From: a virus
IMG/VR virus record: IMGVR_UViG_3300045988_128133
Reading direction: 5' to 3' (one strand)
DNA length: 64,000 nt
A model generated the notes under the pieces. It had not been told where the DNA came from, ran no database searches, and saw nothing but the letters and a program-made list of their open reading frames with translations. Positions within the stretch are counted from its first letter, which is position 1. Each line of letters begins with the position of its first letter. The position numbers and the translations under genes are program-made. Of this stretch, positions 1-10,080 are shown one piece after another.

Positions 1-158
1 ACTCATTAACACTCAATAAAAATTTGTACCAATCTTACTTTGTTCCATCTTGTTCGGAACCCACGGAACCCATTGCCTCCAAGGAACTTACGTAACCTCC
101 GAACCTTGTTGTTCCATCGTTCACCATGTAAGAAGTTTCAAGTTAGAACACAATTCTC

Positions 159-164
159 TTGACA
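159..164 (+). promoter_or_regulatory. sigma70-like promoter: TTGACA(159-164)-17 nt-TAAGGT(182-187)
   Basis: The -35/-10 hexamers have 17-nt spacing. The predicted TSS is ~194-195, immediately at ATG 195, so the first gene may be leaderless. Confidence 0.4.
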
Positions 165-194
165 CTTGGGTCTCTCTGTGCTAAGGTCCCATCG

Positions 195-944
195 ATGACA
201 ACAAATCAATCAATCGACCCGTTCGGCCACTATCGGCAGTGGCTCTTCGCCGATTATCTCAATCAGAAGCACCCCATCCGTAAGCCCCGGCGCAAGACGG
301 GCCCGCTTCAACGGCTGACAGATATTGTATCTACGGAACCCGTGGCTCCCCTCAACGAGGAATTATACCACCTCATATTCCTCTCCCGGCCACAACCTCA
401 GTTGTTTACCCGCGAAGCCCTCACCGAACTCTATGCTACATTGGGAGGGGATGCAAGCCCCGCCTGCATGGATTTTATTCTCACTCACTTCTATTATAAG
501 CTGGAGAGCCCTGGTCTCCATCCAAACCTTGCTCCCCGTTACACGGCAAACGACATGGCTCACGACTACTCCCATTATGTTTCTCTCAGCCTCTCAGGCC
601 GACTGAACAAGGACCTTCTCAGGGCGGGCTGTGCCGTGATTGAGGCGCGCGCCCTGCCAGGACCAAAGGCCTTCAGCCACCGCCATTTGTGGGCCTGGGG
701 GTCGGGAGCGCAGGCGGTCTCTCTGCTCTACCTGCTGGACCGGAATCGGGATAACCCCCGCAACAGGTCTATCGACAGTCTCACCTTCGGGTTGGGACAT
801 CTTCCGAACTCCAGCAGGGTCACGCTTCGCACTATCCTGCAAGGCCTTGAACGGGACAGGTATGTTACCCGCACCGGACGGCACGCCAACCGTTCCATCT
901 ATCTTCTCAACCCCAATAGCATCGTATTCTCTTACGTAGACTAA
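195..944 (+). CDS. hypothetical protein (start chosen at ATG 195 inside ORF 159..944)
   Basis: Long ORF in the track. The TTG at 159 overlaps the -35 box, so the ATG at 195 (MTTNQS...) is preferred. No recognisable motif. Confidence 0.45.
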   Translation: MTTNQSIDPFGHYRQWLFADYLNQKHPIRKPRRKTGPLQRLTDIVSTEPVAPLNEELYHLIFLSRPQPQLFTREALTELYATLGGDASPACMDFILTHFYYKLESPGLHPNLAPRYTANDMAHDYSHYVSLSLSGRLNKDLLRAGCAVIEARALPGPKAFSHRHLWAWGSGAQAVSLLYLLDRNRDNPRNRSIDSLTFGLGHLPNSSRVTLRTILQGLERDRYVTRTGRHANRSIYLLNPNSIVFSYVD

Positions 945-955
945 ATCATACGACA

Positions 956-3820
956 ATGACTACATCCAGCCAAACCGCATTCACGCTTACAGCCCTATCC
1001 GAACGCCAGCTGTTCGATTCCCCCATACCTCTCACCAAACACGGTTCCTGCAACTACACTTCCCGTCTTTCGCTTGGTGAAATCATCAACTTCCTGCACG
1101 GGGATATTACACCTCAGCTGTTGAGTGCCAGCCAGTTGTCTTCCCTCATCCAGGTTCAGAACGGGGAACTCTCTTTGGATAGCGTTCCAGCTTCCTACCG
1201 CTCCCTGTACGAGAAGTGGTCCCGGAACTGGGCTTCGCCCGATAACCGGGATAAGGATAAGCCGCTTCCTGTTAAGGCGGCACTCCCTGCTATCGTTCCC
1301 TCCATCCGCATCCTCAACTCCCGCAACAACCTGCTCCCGGACTACCAGAGTCAGTCCGTCAAACGCCTCATTAACATCCTGCCCGACCTGTGGGAGCATA
1401 CGGGTATCTTCGGGATTGACATCGACCGGGGCAAGGATGGGAATAGCGATGACCCCGCAGAGCTTCTTGCCATGGCACGGGAGAAGCTCGCCACTTTGCC
1501 GGGGTTCGTCTTCGCCTACACCAGCCCGAACAAGGGGATTAAGGCTTTCTTCCGCGCAAGCGATGAGATTGTCTACTACCTCAACAATCCGAAGAGCGTG
1601 GATTCCCCGGAACCCGTGGAATCCGAGATACAGGCTCGCAAGGTATTCCATGAGGCAGTATATGAGGAACTGGTCCGGCAGATTGCAGAGGTGGCCCATG
1701 TCGAGATGGACCGTAAGTGCAGTGATATTGCCCGGTTGCAGTTCCTGTATCGAGGGGAATATATCGCACCCGCCGAGGGTACATCCTCCGTATTTACCAT
1801 TGAAAACATGGAGAAGTTCTTCCGTGAGGCTATGGAGCGCGGAGTCAGTTCCTATATTGCGGATAACCTCCTTTCCCCAACTGAACCGCTCCCGCCACTA
1901 CTGCTGGAGTTCGCCCAGTGGCTCGATTTGCAGGGCCGCCCCAAAGAAGCGGAGACTATCCGCAACATGAAGCCGGGCGTAGATAAGCAGGGTACTTATA
2001 TCCGTACAGCATACTGCCCCTGCTGTGAAGGCATATGCACTGGCAAGAGGGGGGAAGATGACCTGGGCCTCTACATCCCGGCAGGGGACCCGGCCCGTTC
2101 CCGATTCACCTGCTTCCATGATACCTGTAGTAAGGAAAGCGATACCGCGAAGCGGCACCCGGGATTCCGCTCCATGGCTCAGCTCTTCTATGACTTCAGG
2201 ACCAGCAGGGTGCGCCGTCGCGCCGAAACTGCTACCGCCGTTGTTTCTACGGGACACCCTGACCTGGACAGGTTGTACAATCCACCTCAAGTCGTGCTGG
2301 ATGCCCTTAAGGGACGCATGGACCTTGCTTCCGGTTCTGCTCTGGATATTAAGGACCCGGAATCCGTGGCTTCCATGGACTTCCCGGTTACAAAGGAGAA
2401 GTCCTCCTCTATCCCGGTTACTGCTCTCAATATTAAGGCGTTAATGAATCATCTGAACCTGGTCCCCATTCATAATAAGGTTGCTCAGACAACTCTGGTT
2501 ATCGACTCCTCCACCAATAAGGCATATACTCTTGCAGGCGGATTGACGGGACCCCTGACGGACTTCTGGGTATCTTACCTCGACAGGTCAGCCAAGTCGG
2601 CACCTACTCAGAACGAGATTAACACAGTGATTACTAACGCGGCTTATCAGAACCTCTACCACCCGATTGCAACACTGACCCGCTTGCGCCCCTGGGATGG
2701 CGAGGACCGTCTTTCCGCGTATAATGCCACATTAACTCTCGACCCAGCCCGCACCCCCGCTGGTTGGGAACCCGCCGCCTGGCTCGATTATGTACTCCGT
2801 ACCTGGCTCTACACCCTATACGGGAGGCTTGAAGGTCACATTAAGGGCTCCCGCAAGCTTCTTGATTCCTATTGCCCCATCCTTATCGGACCCCAGGGCT
2901 GTGGTAAGACGACGTGGTGTGACCAGCTGTTCTGGCCATTTGACGGTTGCTACTCTTCCCGCATGGCTACGGATGCCAAGGACTTGGCCCGACAGAAGGG
3001 TACGCTGGTCGCTATCCAGCTGAATGAAATTGACAAACTTCTGTCTGACCGCGAACAAAGTTCCCAGCTCAAGGACACGCTGGACAACTTTGCCGAGTTT
3101 GTCCGTTTCGCTTTCGCTAAGGAACCGAGCATGGTCTATCCGTGTGCCAGCTTTATCGGAAGCACCAATGAGAACCACCCCCTGTCCGATGTGACTGGGA
3201 ACCGACGCTTCTCCCTCCTGTACGTCAAGTCTGCACACGACGACGCTCGCCTGGACTACGCGGCTCGCGCCAGTCTGGACCTTCAACAGATTTGGGCACA
3301 GATTCGTGAAGAGTACAACCGGGAGGCTCCAAGGCTCTCAGACCGCGTAGGCCTGGTGGTTAAGATGTCTAAGGAAATCAATGATACTTATGGTATTATG
3401 GAGAGCCCTGAAGCCGCTTACGCATGTCGGCTCCGCTATGTGGACTGGGTACAAGATACAGATATTAACGGAGACCCCCTGTGGAAGCATACCTATCCCC
3501 ACATGAAGTGTTCCTCCAATCTGCTCAACGCCCTGGCCCAGATTGACCAGACGGGAGTCCCATCTATCAACCCACCGAGGGTGGATATCAAGCTGACGAA
3601 AGCCGCAATCCGAGATTTCTCTTCCGCTCTCATCAAGCTGTATGGACCTAACGCCGCAGAAGCCAAGCAGAAGGTAGGTGAGACACGGGCTCGCCGCATG
3701 CCATATCTGCTGGTAGAGGACTGGATTAAGTGGGCCAGCAAGGAGACTAAGGAACGCTGGTACAACAAGTTCCCCGAATGGAGGGAGCAAGACGAACAAA
3801 AAACGGAAATTATGTTATAA
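956..3820 (+). CDS. primase-helicase: N-terminal AEP/PrimPol-like domain, Cys/His zinc ribbon, C-terminal D5-like SF3 helicase
   Basis: AEP motif I-like FGIDID (hhhDhD). Cys cluster CPCCEGICTG...CFHDTC. Walker A GPQGCGKT, Walker B-like AIQLNEID and SF3 motif C GSTN in a 954-aa ORF. Confidence 0.65.
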   Translation: MTTSSQTAFTLTALSERQLFDSPIPLTKHGSCNYTSRLSLGEIINFLHGDITPQLLSASQLSSLIQVQNGELSLDSVPASYRSLYEKWSRNWASPDNRDKDKPLPVKAALPAIVPSIRILNSRNNLLPDYQSQSVKRLINILPDLWEHTGIFGIDIDRGKDGNSDDPAELLAMAREKLATLPGFVFAYTSPNKGIKAFFRASDEIVYYLNNPKSVDSPEPVESEIQARKVFHEAVYEELVRQIAEVAHVEMDRKCSDIARLQFLYRGEYIAPAEGTSSVFTIENMEKFFREAMERGVSSYIADNLLSPTEPLPPLLLEFAQWLDLQGRPKEAETIRNMKPGVDKQGTYIRTAYCPCCEGICTGKRGEDDLGLYIPAGDPARSRFTCFHDTCSKESDTAKRHPGFRSMAQLFYDFRTSRVRRRAETATAVVSTGHPDLDRLYNPPQVVLDALKGRMDLASGSALDIKDPESVASMDFPVTKEKSSSIPVTALNIKALMNHLNLVPIHNKVAQTTLVIDSSTNKAYTLAGGLTGPLTDFWVSYLDRSAKSAPTQNEINTVITNAAYQNLYHPIATLTRLRPWDGEDRLSAYNATLTLDPARTPAGWEPAAWLDYVLRTWLYTLYGRLEGHIKGSRKLLDSYCPILIGPQGCGKTTWCDQLFWPFDGCYSSRMATDAKDLARQKGTLVAIQLNEIDKLLSDREQSSQLKDTLDNFAEFVRFAFAKEPSMVYPCASFIGSTNENHPLSDVTGNRRFSLLYVKSAHDDARLDYAARASLDLQQIWAQIREEYNREAPRLSDRVGLVVKMSKEINDTYGIMESPEAAYACRLRYVDWVQDTDINGDPLWKHTYPHMKCSSNLLNALAQIDQTGVPSINPPRVDIKLTKAAIRDFSSALIKLYGPNAAEAKQKVGETRARRMPYLLVEDWIKWASKETKERWYNKFPEWREQDEQKTEIML

Positions 3821-3827
3821 TTTTTTC

Positions 3828-3856
3828 TTGACAAAAATAAAACCGTAGTCATAATG
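3828..3856 (+). promoter_or_regulatory. sigma70-like promoter TTGACA(3828-3833)-17-ATAATG(3851-3856)
   Basis: Intergenic consensus hexamers upstream of ORF 3943. Confidence 0.5.
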
Positions 3857-3887
3857 GGCTCACTTCGCAGGTACGAGGTGAGCCCAT
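3854..3887 (+). other. 5'-proximal stem-loop (10-bp stem ATGGGCTCAC/GTGAGCCCAT, 14-nt loop) at start of predicted transcript
   Basis: Perfect 10-bp inverted repeat immediately after the -10 box. Not followed by a T-tract, so not a terminator. Confidence 0.45.
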
Positions 3888-3942
3888 TAAGCTTCCTCCC
3901 TTACCTGCCACCGATTACTAAAAAGCCAACCAGCAATATAAC

Positions 3943-4341
3943 ATGAAGACAACCAACGAAAACGAATCCCTCCTGAATGAGCTGACCCAGCTCGAAGCGG
4001 ACCTCAGCAATCAGGTCAAGGAAGCTGAGCAGAAGCTCAAGTCACTGCGTGCCAACCATGCGCGTATCTCCAAGCTCATCAACCTCTTGAATGGTTTGGG
4101 CAATCTCATCAATCAGGACCAGAACAAGGTTCATGTAACGGAAGCCGCCCGCCCCGGCTATAGCCGCAACGGCAAGAAACTGGGCAGGCCGAGCAATGAA
4201 CGTCTCGCCAACTTGAAGGCTCAGAACGCCAATATGCAGGAACGCTTCGCGCTGTCCCAGAAGCGTGACCAGCTGAACAAGGCCATTGACTCCCTTGATT
4301 GGATTATCGACATGCAGGAAGCCGAGGAAGCCATGTACTAA
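3943..4341 (+). CDS. hypothetical coiled-coil protein
   Basis: 132-aa ORF with heptad-like leucine-rich sequence (LKSLRANHARISKLINLLNGLGNLI). No catalytic motif. Confidence 0.5.
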   Translation: MKTTNENESLLNELTQLEADLSNQVKEAEQKLKSLRANHARISKLINLLNGLGNLINQDQNKVHVTEAARPGYSRNGKKLGRPSNERLANLKAQNANMQERFALSQKRDQLNKAIDSLDWIIDMQEAEEAMY

Positions 4342-4351
4342 TTGAACTGCC

Positions 4352-4522
4352 ATGTTGAAGACTTTGTTTAATATCGCCTGTGTCCTCCTGACCATCAGCA
4401 CCTTTGTCGGTGCCTGCTTCTTCAGGCTCGAACCCAACGAGAAATGGTGGCACCGCGGCATCGTCTATCTCGTGCTCATCATCCTCTTTACCGCCCTCCA
4501 CTTGCTTACATCAACCCACTAA
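4352..4522 (+). CDS. small membrane protein (56 aa, 2 predicted TM helices)
   Basis: ATG-initiated ORF not in the track because it is under 60 aa. Translation is MLKTLFNIACVLLTISTFVGACFF...IVYLVLIILFTALHLL, which is strongly hydrophobic. It fills an otherwise empty gap. Confidence 0.35.
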   Translation: MLKTLFNIACVLLTISTFVGACFFRLEPNEKWWHRGIVYLVLIILFTALHLLTSTH

Positions 4523-4535
4523 GACTAAACCAATC

Positions 4536-4742
4536 ATGGACACATTCATTAAAGATTACAGATTTCATTTCCGCGAGTTCCTCTGGCTCACGGCGACCTG
4601 CTTTGCCATTTCCGCAATATTCAACATCTTCAGTACTCAGATTTACAGGACTAAGCCCAAACACGAAACGTTCTACTTCTGCTGTCTATTCCTCCTGTGG
4701 CTCATCGCCCAGTGTGTTGTAGTTCTCAACCTGTTCAAATAA
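4536..4742 (+). CDS. small membrane protein (68 aa, 2 TM)
   Basis: Internal ATG of track ORF 4404..4742 (MDTFIKDYRF...). Two hydrophobic helices (LWLTATCFAISAIFNIF; FYFCCLFLLWLIAQCVVVL). Confidence 0.45.
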   Translation: MDTFIKDYRFHFREFLWLTATCFAISAIFNIFSTQIYRTKPKHETFYFCCLFLLWLIAQCVVVLNLFK

Positions 4743-4746
4743 GCAC

Positions 4747-5199
4747 ATGAAAGACAACGACATGACCCTCTACTCCGGCGACGGGATTCCGCTCATCAGC
4801 ATTCCCCGTCTCTGCCCTTACTGCCACCAGAGCGACATACAGTTCGAAACAAGGACACAAGTCCTTCCGTCTCTGGCCAGTATGTATCTGACCTGCCCCT
4901 TCTGCGGGGTTTCCACTCCACCCTACGAATTCGACCCAGATACTTCGGTAATTACCGCACAGTTCGAGGTCATGGAGCAGTGGCTTCGGCAGATTGCCAT
5001 TCTCCCGGTGTTCATGCTGTTGCGCCCTGGGGATGAAACGTTCCTCAAAGGCACAGCACCCATAACCGTGGTAACAACTCCGCAAGGTGCTGATTATAAG
5101 TTTCTTGTAGAGAATAAGGAGGGTCGGGTCTTTATGGTAGGCCCCGACGATATTGACCCTGAACCTAACGACCGCATCAAAGAAATCCTTAAACACTAA
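4747..5199 (+). CDS. hypothetical zinc-ribbon protein
   Basis: CxxC...CxxC pairs (CPYCHQ...CPFCG) in a 150-aa ORF. Confidence 0.5.
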   Translation: MKDNDMTLYSGDGIPLISIPRLCPYCHQSDIQFETRTQVLPSLASMYLTCPFCGVSTPPYEFDPDTSVITAQFEVMEQWLRQIAILPVFMLLRPGDETFLKGTAPITVVTTPQGADYKFLVENKEGRVFMVGPDDIDPEPNDRIKEILKH

Positions 5200-5202
5200 A
5201 CC

Positions 5203-5592
5203 ATGAACGACCTCGCCATATCCTGCACCACACTTGCCGATTACATCGACCGGACCTTCAAGCAAATGGGTCTTGTCGAATCTGCCTCTGACCTCCTTCG
5301 TCACCTGCAATGGGAGATTGAAGAATATAAGGAGGCAGAGGATGAAACGGAACGGGCTAAGGAAGCCTATGACATTGCGGTTCTTGCCGCCCGTCTCTTT
5401 ACGGCTGTCCTGAACGAAGCAGTTGATAGCAGTGCAGTAAACTATGCCGCGTTCGAAAAGGAGGACCAGATACGCAGGCGTATGCTCTATGCCCTCAAGT
5501 ATTTTAAGGAACGAACCAAAGAAAACCTTTCCGGGACTACTCCTTACGAATGCTACGCTGACGCTAAGAAACACCTTAACCAGAACGACTAA
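5203..5592 (+). CDS. hypothetical protein (weak MazG-like all-alpha NTP pyrophosphohydrolase pattern)
   Basis: 129-aa acidic helical ORF with an E..EE..E..D cluster (WEIEEYKEAEDETERAKEAYD). The assignment is tentative. Confidence 0.45.
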   Translation: MNDLAISCTTLADYIDRTFKQMGLVESASDLLRHLQWEIEEYKEAEDETERAKEAYDIAVLAARLFTAVLNEAVDSSAVNYAAFEKEDQIRRRMLYALKYFKERTKENLSGTTPYECYADAKKHLNQND

Positions 5593-7490
5593 TGGATAAT
5601 ACATTCTCACTGCCGAAGATTCCGGGCTACGAAATGGAAATCACGGATGACCAGACAAAGCTGACGGGCGATACTCTGGCCATTGACTTCGAAACGTTTT
5701 ACGAAGGGGATTACTCCATGACCTGCATGGATGCCCGGTCCTACTGCACCCACGAAAAGTTTGACGCGTACATCATGTCGGCGTATGACGGCAAGCACTG
5801 CTGGGTAGGTCATCCCAAGGATTTCAACTGGGCAGAGACTACCAAGGGCAAAACCCTCGTGTCCTTTAACGCCAGTTTCGACTATGCCGTTTACCTGTTC
5901 GGCCTGAAAGCCCCAGGCTGTACCGGAACCCCCGGAACCCCCGGATTCCGTACTCCCTTCAACGCATGGGTATGTTCACGCGCCGCGGCCAACTACCTGT
6001 CCATATATGGCGCACTATCAAAGATTGTGGCCAAGATATGGGGCATTGAGATTAGCAAGGAGGTACGAGCCAAAGCTGAGGGCGTGGACTTCCGAACCCT
6101 TGACGTAATCCCCGACGATATGAAGGAATACGTGGCAGGCGACTCCTACTACTGCCTTGCCGTCTGGGATAAGTTCGAACGCTTCTGGCCCGACTACGAA
6201 CGCGAGTGCTGGCTCAATACCTGCATGATGGGATGGAGGGGAGTACCTACCAACCGTGAGGCTATTGAAGAGGGATTGGAAATCCTGAACGAAGCGAGGG
6301 AGCAGTACAAGGAAGCCATCCCGCTGGAGAAGAAACTCTCCATTCCCCAACTCCGTAAAGCCTGTGCGGACCTGAACATCCCACCGCCGGAGACTACCAG
6401 CAAGAACAGCGACAAGTTCACGGACTGGCTCGAACAGTATGGAAAACTCGTTCCCTGGGTTTCCCTCATTGGCAAGTATCGAAGCGTCAACCGTCTCATC
6501 TCCCTGACCGAGCGCATGCTTTCCCGTGTCTATACCGACCACGAAGGCATTGACCGAATCCCTTACACGCTCACCTATTGCGGTGCGAGTACGGGACGCT
6601 GGACGGCAGGTGGTGACAAATTAAACTTGCAACAGCTTAACCGTGATAGTGTTATGGGATTCAACCAGCGCGAGCTAATACAAACTCCAGAGAACTATAA
6701 ACTGGTGGTATGTGACTGGGCAGGTATCGAAGCGCGTCTCACCGCATGGCTCTGCGGACAGGAGAAAATTCTTGAAACGCTTCGTGCCGGGGAAAAGGAT
6801 ATCTATGCCGCTAACGCGAAGGGCTGGGGCCTCATCCCCACATCCGTCAAGGACTTCAAACAATACTGCAAGGAAACTCCGGGTCAGGAAAACCTCCGTC
6901 AGCATGTGAAGGCTGGGGTGCTTGCCTGTGGTTTTAGTGCTGGGTGGTCAGCTATCCAACGGGCGAACCCCGGTATGGACCGGGACCAGTGCCAGGCCAT
7001 TGTCGATATGTACCGAAGCCGAAGCCCCGAAGTGGTTGCATGGTGGCGCGAGCTTGACGCACTGGCCGCTCGTGGCTACCGGACTCCCTCCCACAGTTTC
7101 GCTCTCGCCCTGCCCTCTGGCCGGAAGCTCTATTATCGTAACTGCTACAAGAAGCTTATCCAGCCCAAGGATGGCCGTCGCCCCTATTTTGCCACCTGTG
7201 TCGATTTCGGCTACAAGTCCTCCATTGTCAATACTAACCTATTGAGCAACAACAACATCCAGTCCATTGCCCGCGACCTGATGGTCCGTGCCTTCAACCG
7301 TCTCTGCAAGGAATTGCCCGGTGCCGCCCCCTGCCTTCTTGTCCACGACGAGGCGGTGGTGATGGTTCCCGCGGATAAAGCGGAAGAGTACGCCCAGCGG
7401 ATTGAGGATATTATGGAAGATACGCCTGACTGGGCAAACACCCTCCCTCTCCTCGCTGAACCTGAAATCATGGATAAGTACAGAAAATGA
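5592..7490 (+). CDS. DNA polymerase, family A, with 3'-5' exonuclease motif
   Basis: Exo I-like AIDFETF. Pol motif A VVCDWAGIEARL (DxxxxExR). Motif B-like RQHVKAGVLACGFSAGW. Motif C LLVHDEAVV. Confidence 0.8.
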   Translation: MDNTFSLPKIPGYEMEITDDQTKLTGDTLAIDFETFYEGDYSMTCMDARSYCTHEKFDAYIMSAYDGKHCWVGHPKDFNWAETTKGKTLVSFNASFDYAVYLFGLKAPGCTGTPGTPGFRTPFNAWVCSRAAANYLSIYGALSKIVAKIWGIEISKEVRAKAEGVDFRTLDVIPDDMKEYVAGDSYYCLAVWDKFERFWPDYERECWLNTCMMGWRGVPTNREAIEEGLEILNEAREQYKEAIPLEKKLSIPQLRKACADLNIPPPETTSKNSDKFTDWLEQYGKLVPWVSLIGKYRSVNRLISLTERMLSRVYTDHEGIDRIPYTLTYCGASTGRWTAGGDKLNLQQLNRDSVMGFNQRELIQTPENYKLVVCDWAGIEARLTAWLCGQEKILETLRAGEKDIYAANAKGWGLIPTSVKDFKQYCKETPGQENLRQHVKAGVLACGFSAGWSAIQRANPGMDRDQCQAIVDMYRSRSPEVVAWWRELDALAARGYRTPSHSFALALPSGRKLYYRNCYKKLIQPKDGRRPYFATCVDFGYKSSIVNTNLLSNNNIQSIARDLMVRAFNRLCKELPGAAPCLLVHDEAVVMVPADKAEEYAQRIEDIMEDTPDWANTLPLLAEPEIMDKYRK

Positions 7491-8851
7491 GCAATCCTCT
7501 TAAACCATTCCCACCGCAGGTGGAGTGCATTGACGCTATGGTCAAGGCGATTCGCGCCCACGGATTCGTCGTCAACAAATCATGCACGGGTACGGGTAAA
7601 ACCCTGACCACGATTGAGACGGCCCGCATCCTAGAGCGTAAGCCCCTCATCGTCTGTCCGGCCATTGTTGTTACCCAGTGGAAGCGCGCCATGGAGGCGC
7701 AGGGTGTAGTTGATGCGGGCATCTATTCCTGGGAGAAAATCCGTATGGGTAACACACCGTTCTACTCAAAACCCGCACGCCTCACCCGCAACCGGATTGC
7801 CTACGGCCGGTGGTCCCTGCCCGAAGATGCCGTCCTTGTTCTGGATGAAAGCCACAAGGCCAAGACCTATCGGAGCCAGAGCAACATCATGGCATTGTCG
7901 GCGGCAGTCCAGAAGATTCCCACCATCATGCTTTCGGCCACCCCGTTCATTACGCCGCTGGATATGAGTGTCCCCGCCACCTATGCCGGATGGATTAAAG
8001 ACCCCCGTATCGGTTTCTGGATGTGGGCCAGACAGCAGGGATGTACCGAATCTTTTTGGGGTGGGTTGGAATTTAAGTTATCCACTAGAACTCAATCCCT
8101 TATGGAGAACCTGAAACGCAAGCTGTTCGATGCGGGCGTTATGACGGAGATTGACAAGGAAAAGCTTGACACTTTCTTCCCGAAGAATAGAATCGAATAT
8201 CTGTCCGTTGACGTGGACGTGAAGGGTATGAACAAGATTAAGGCATTGCAGAAAGCTCTGACCAGACTGGACAACGCCTGGGACGAATCTATTGAACGCG
8301 CCAATGAGAAAGGTATTGAGCTTCCTGCTGTTGTAGAATTGCTTCGCCTTCGCCAGCAGTCGGAGCTTGCCAAACTTCCCACCATGGCAGAGAAGGCAGT
8401 TGAACTGTTGGAGAGCGGATATAGCGTTGCCATCTTTGTCTCCTTCATCGACAGCATCCTTACCCTTTCGGACCTCATTAACCAGAAGGCCGGAGAGGTG
8501 GTTCAGTATTCCGAAATTAGCGGACAGCTGACGGGAACCCAGAGACAAGCAGAAGTCGATAAGTTTCAATCGAATACGACACGGCTCGCTCTCGTTCAGA
8601 TTAGTGCGGGCGGGACCGGAGTGTCCCTTCATGATACGGACGGCAACTATCCCCGCGCGGCTCTCATCTCCCCGGACTACTCCATTCAGAACCTGTTGCA
8701 GGCCCAAGGCCGCATTGCCCGACTGGGTACGAAATCCTCCACGATTCAATATATCGTGACTGCCGCGGACACTGTGGAAGAAAAAATCATCAAAGCACTC
8801 AACACTAAGGAAATCTGTTTTAACTCACTGACACACAATGCAAACGAATAA
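7487..8851 (+). CDS. SF2 (SNF2/DEAH-like) helicase
   Basis: Motif I CTGTGKT. Motif II VLDESHKAK. Motif VI QAQGRIARLGT. Confidence 0.75.
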   Translation: MSNPLKPFPPQVECIDAMVKAIRAHGFVVNKSCTGTGKTLTTIETARILERKPLIVCPAIVVTQWKRAMEAQGVVDAGIYSWEKIRMGNTPFYSKPARLTRNRIAYGRWSLPEDAVLVLDESHKAKTYRSQSNIMALSAAVQKIPTIMLSATPFITPLDMSVPATYAGWIKDPRIGFWMWARQQGCTESFWGGLEFKLSTRTQSLMENLKRKLFDAGVMTEIDKEKLDTFFPKNRIEYLSVDVDVKGMNKIKALQKALTRLDNAWDESIERANEKGIELPAVVELLRLRQQSELAKLPTMAEKAVELLESGYSVAIFVSFIDSILTLSDLINQKAGEVVQYSEISGQLTGTQRQAEVDKFQSNTTRLALVQISAGGTGVSLHDTDGNYPRAALISPDYSIQNLLQAQGRIARLGTKSSTIQYIVTAADTVEEKIIKALNTKEICFNSLTHNANE

Positions 8852-10073
8852 CGAAAAACCAGCAGACAACTCTGAGGCTACGCACAGCAAGTACAGCCCC
8901 AGCAAGATAGCACTCCTTGCTACCTGCCCCGGTTACGTGCCCCGCCCCCTGACACAGGAAGAAGAGGAAGATGATTTCTCTCCCTCTGCCGTGGGTACCC
9001 GAGTCCACGGAGCCCTGGAAACCCAGAACCCGGATATGCTTCTGACCAAGCATGAACGTTCCCTCTACACCGCGGCCAACAATATGGTTGGCATCCTGCG
9101 GGGGATGATGGAGAAGGAAGTAGGGACGGCAGACTTTGAAGTCCTGCCCGAACATAAGTTCCCCGGAATCCTTTTTAACCCGGACGACCCGGAACAGACG
9201 GGGACTGCCGACGTGTTATTCCGACATGGGAATACCTCCATGATTATCGACTACAAGATGGGCATGGTGCCCGTTTCCAACCCTGAGGTCAATAGCCAAT
9301 TTATTTACTACGGACTGTTGGAATTTGCGGAACGTCCTGAATGTGAAAGGATTATACTTGCAGTAATTCAACCGAGCCAGCAGGATGCGCTTAAAACCGC
9401 CGCCTTCTACCGGACGAAGGAATCACCGACATTTTCTTCCGACATGCCCGCGGTACCCATGGGTGCCACGGAAGCCATGAAATCCATTGCCTCAGTTATT
9501 ATCCGTCATGGCCGTGATGCGGACAACCCGTATGCCTACAGCTCATCCCCCCATGTCTGCCCTTACTGCGACCGACTGGCAACCTGTAAGAAGATTACCA
9601 GCATGGCCCGTAACTTCTCCCTCAAAGTATTGAAGGACAAGGATTTAGCGGAGGGGATGATTGACAGCGTAGGCACTGCCATGGACAACCCGGAAACCCT
9701 GGGCTCCCTTCTCTCCTTCGCAAGCATTATTGGGGAGGCGAATAAGGTGCATAAGGATTATGCCAAGACCCTGTTCGCCTGTGGGGTAGATGTACCCGGA
9801 TGGAAGTACGCGAGCCGCGGGAATACGATTAAGGTGGACAACGATACGTTCCGCGCCTATGTCGAACAGCATCTATCCCCGGAAGAGATTCTGGACACTG
9901 TTTCCCGGCTTCCCGTAGCTAAGCTCCTTGACATCGTACTGGAACGAACCGCGGTCGAGGGAGCGAGCAAGGCAGAGAAGAAAGCCGCTAAGGAACTCCT
10001 GTTGAAGGACTTGCAGGACCTGGGCATTGTCCGCGAAGTGAAGAGCGCAATGGCTCTGCTGAAAATGAAGTAA
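8838..10073 (+). CDS. PD-(D/E)XK nuclease, Cas4/RecB-like with Fe-S cysteine cluster
   Basis: D...IIDYK nuclease motif. N-terminal Cys (LLATCPGY) plus C-terminal CPYCDRLATC, a typical Cas4/AddB arrangement. Confidence 0.7.
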   Translation: MQTNNEKPADNSEATHSKYSPSKIALLATCPGYVPRPLTQEEEEDDFSPSAVGTRVHGALETQNPDMLLTKHERSLYTAANNMVGILRGMMEKEVGTADFEVLPEHKFPGILFNPDDPEQTGTADVLFRHGNTSMIIDYKMGMVPVSNPEVNSQFIYYGLLEFAERPECERIILAVIQPSQQDALKTAAFYRTKESPTFSSDMPAVPMGATEAMKSIASVIIRHGRDADNPYAYSSSPHVCPYCDRLATCKKITSMARNFSLKVLKDKDLAEGMIDSVGTAMDNPETLGSLLSFASIIGEANKVHKDYAKTLFACGVDVPGWKYASRGNTIKVDNDTFRAYVEQHLSPEEILDTVSRLPVAKLLDIVLERTAVEGASKAEKKAAKELLLKDLQDLGIVREVKSAMALLKMK

Positions 10074-10080
10074 AAAGTTG

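Noticed and set aside
995-1699. Numerous antisense or out-of-frame ORFs nested inside long genes, for example 995..1699(-), 4735..5610(-), 6018..6542(-), 10145..10888(-), 18950..20134(-), 17602..18636(-), 56190..57386(+) and 58522..59109(+)
   Set aside because: They lie fully inside longer ORFs with recognisable motifs or consistent gene order. They lack starts with promoter context and are typical of shadow ORFs in GC-balanced sequence.
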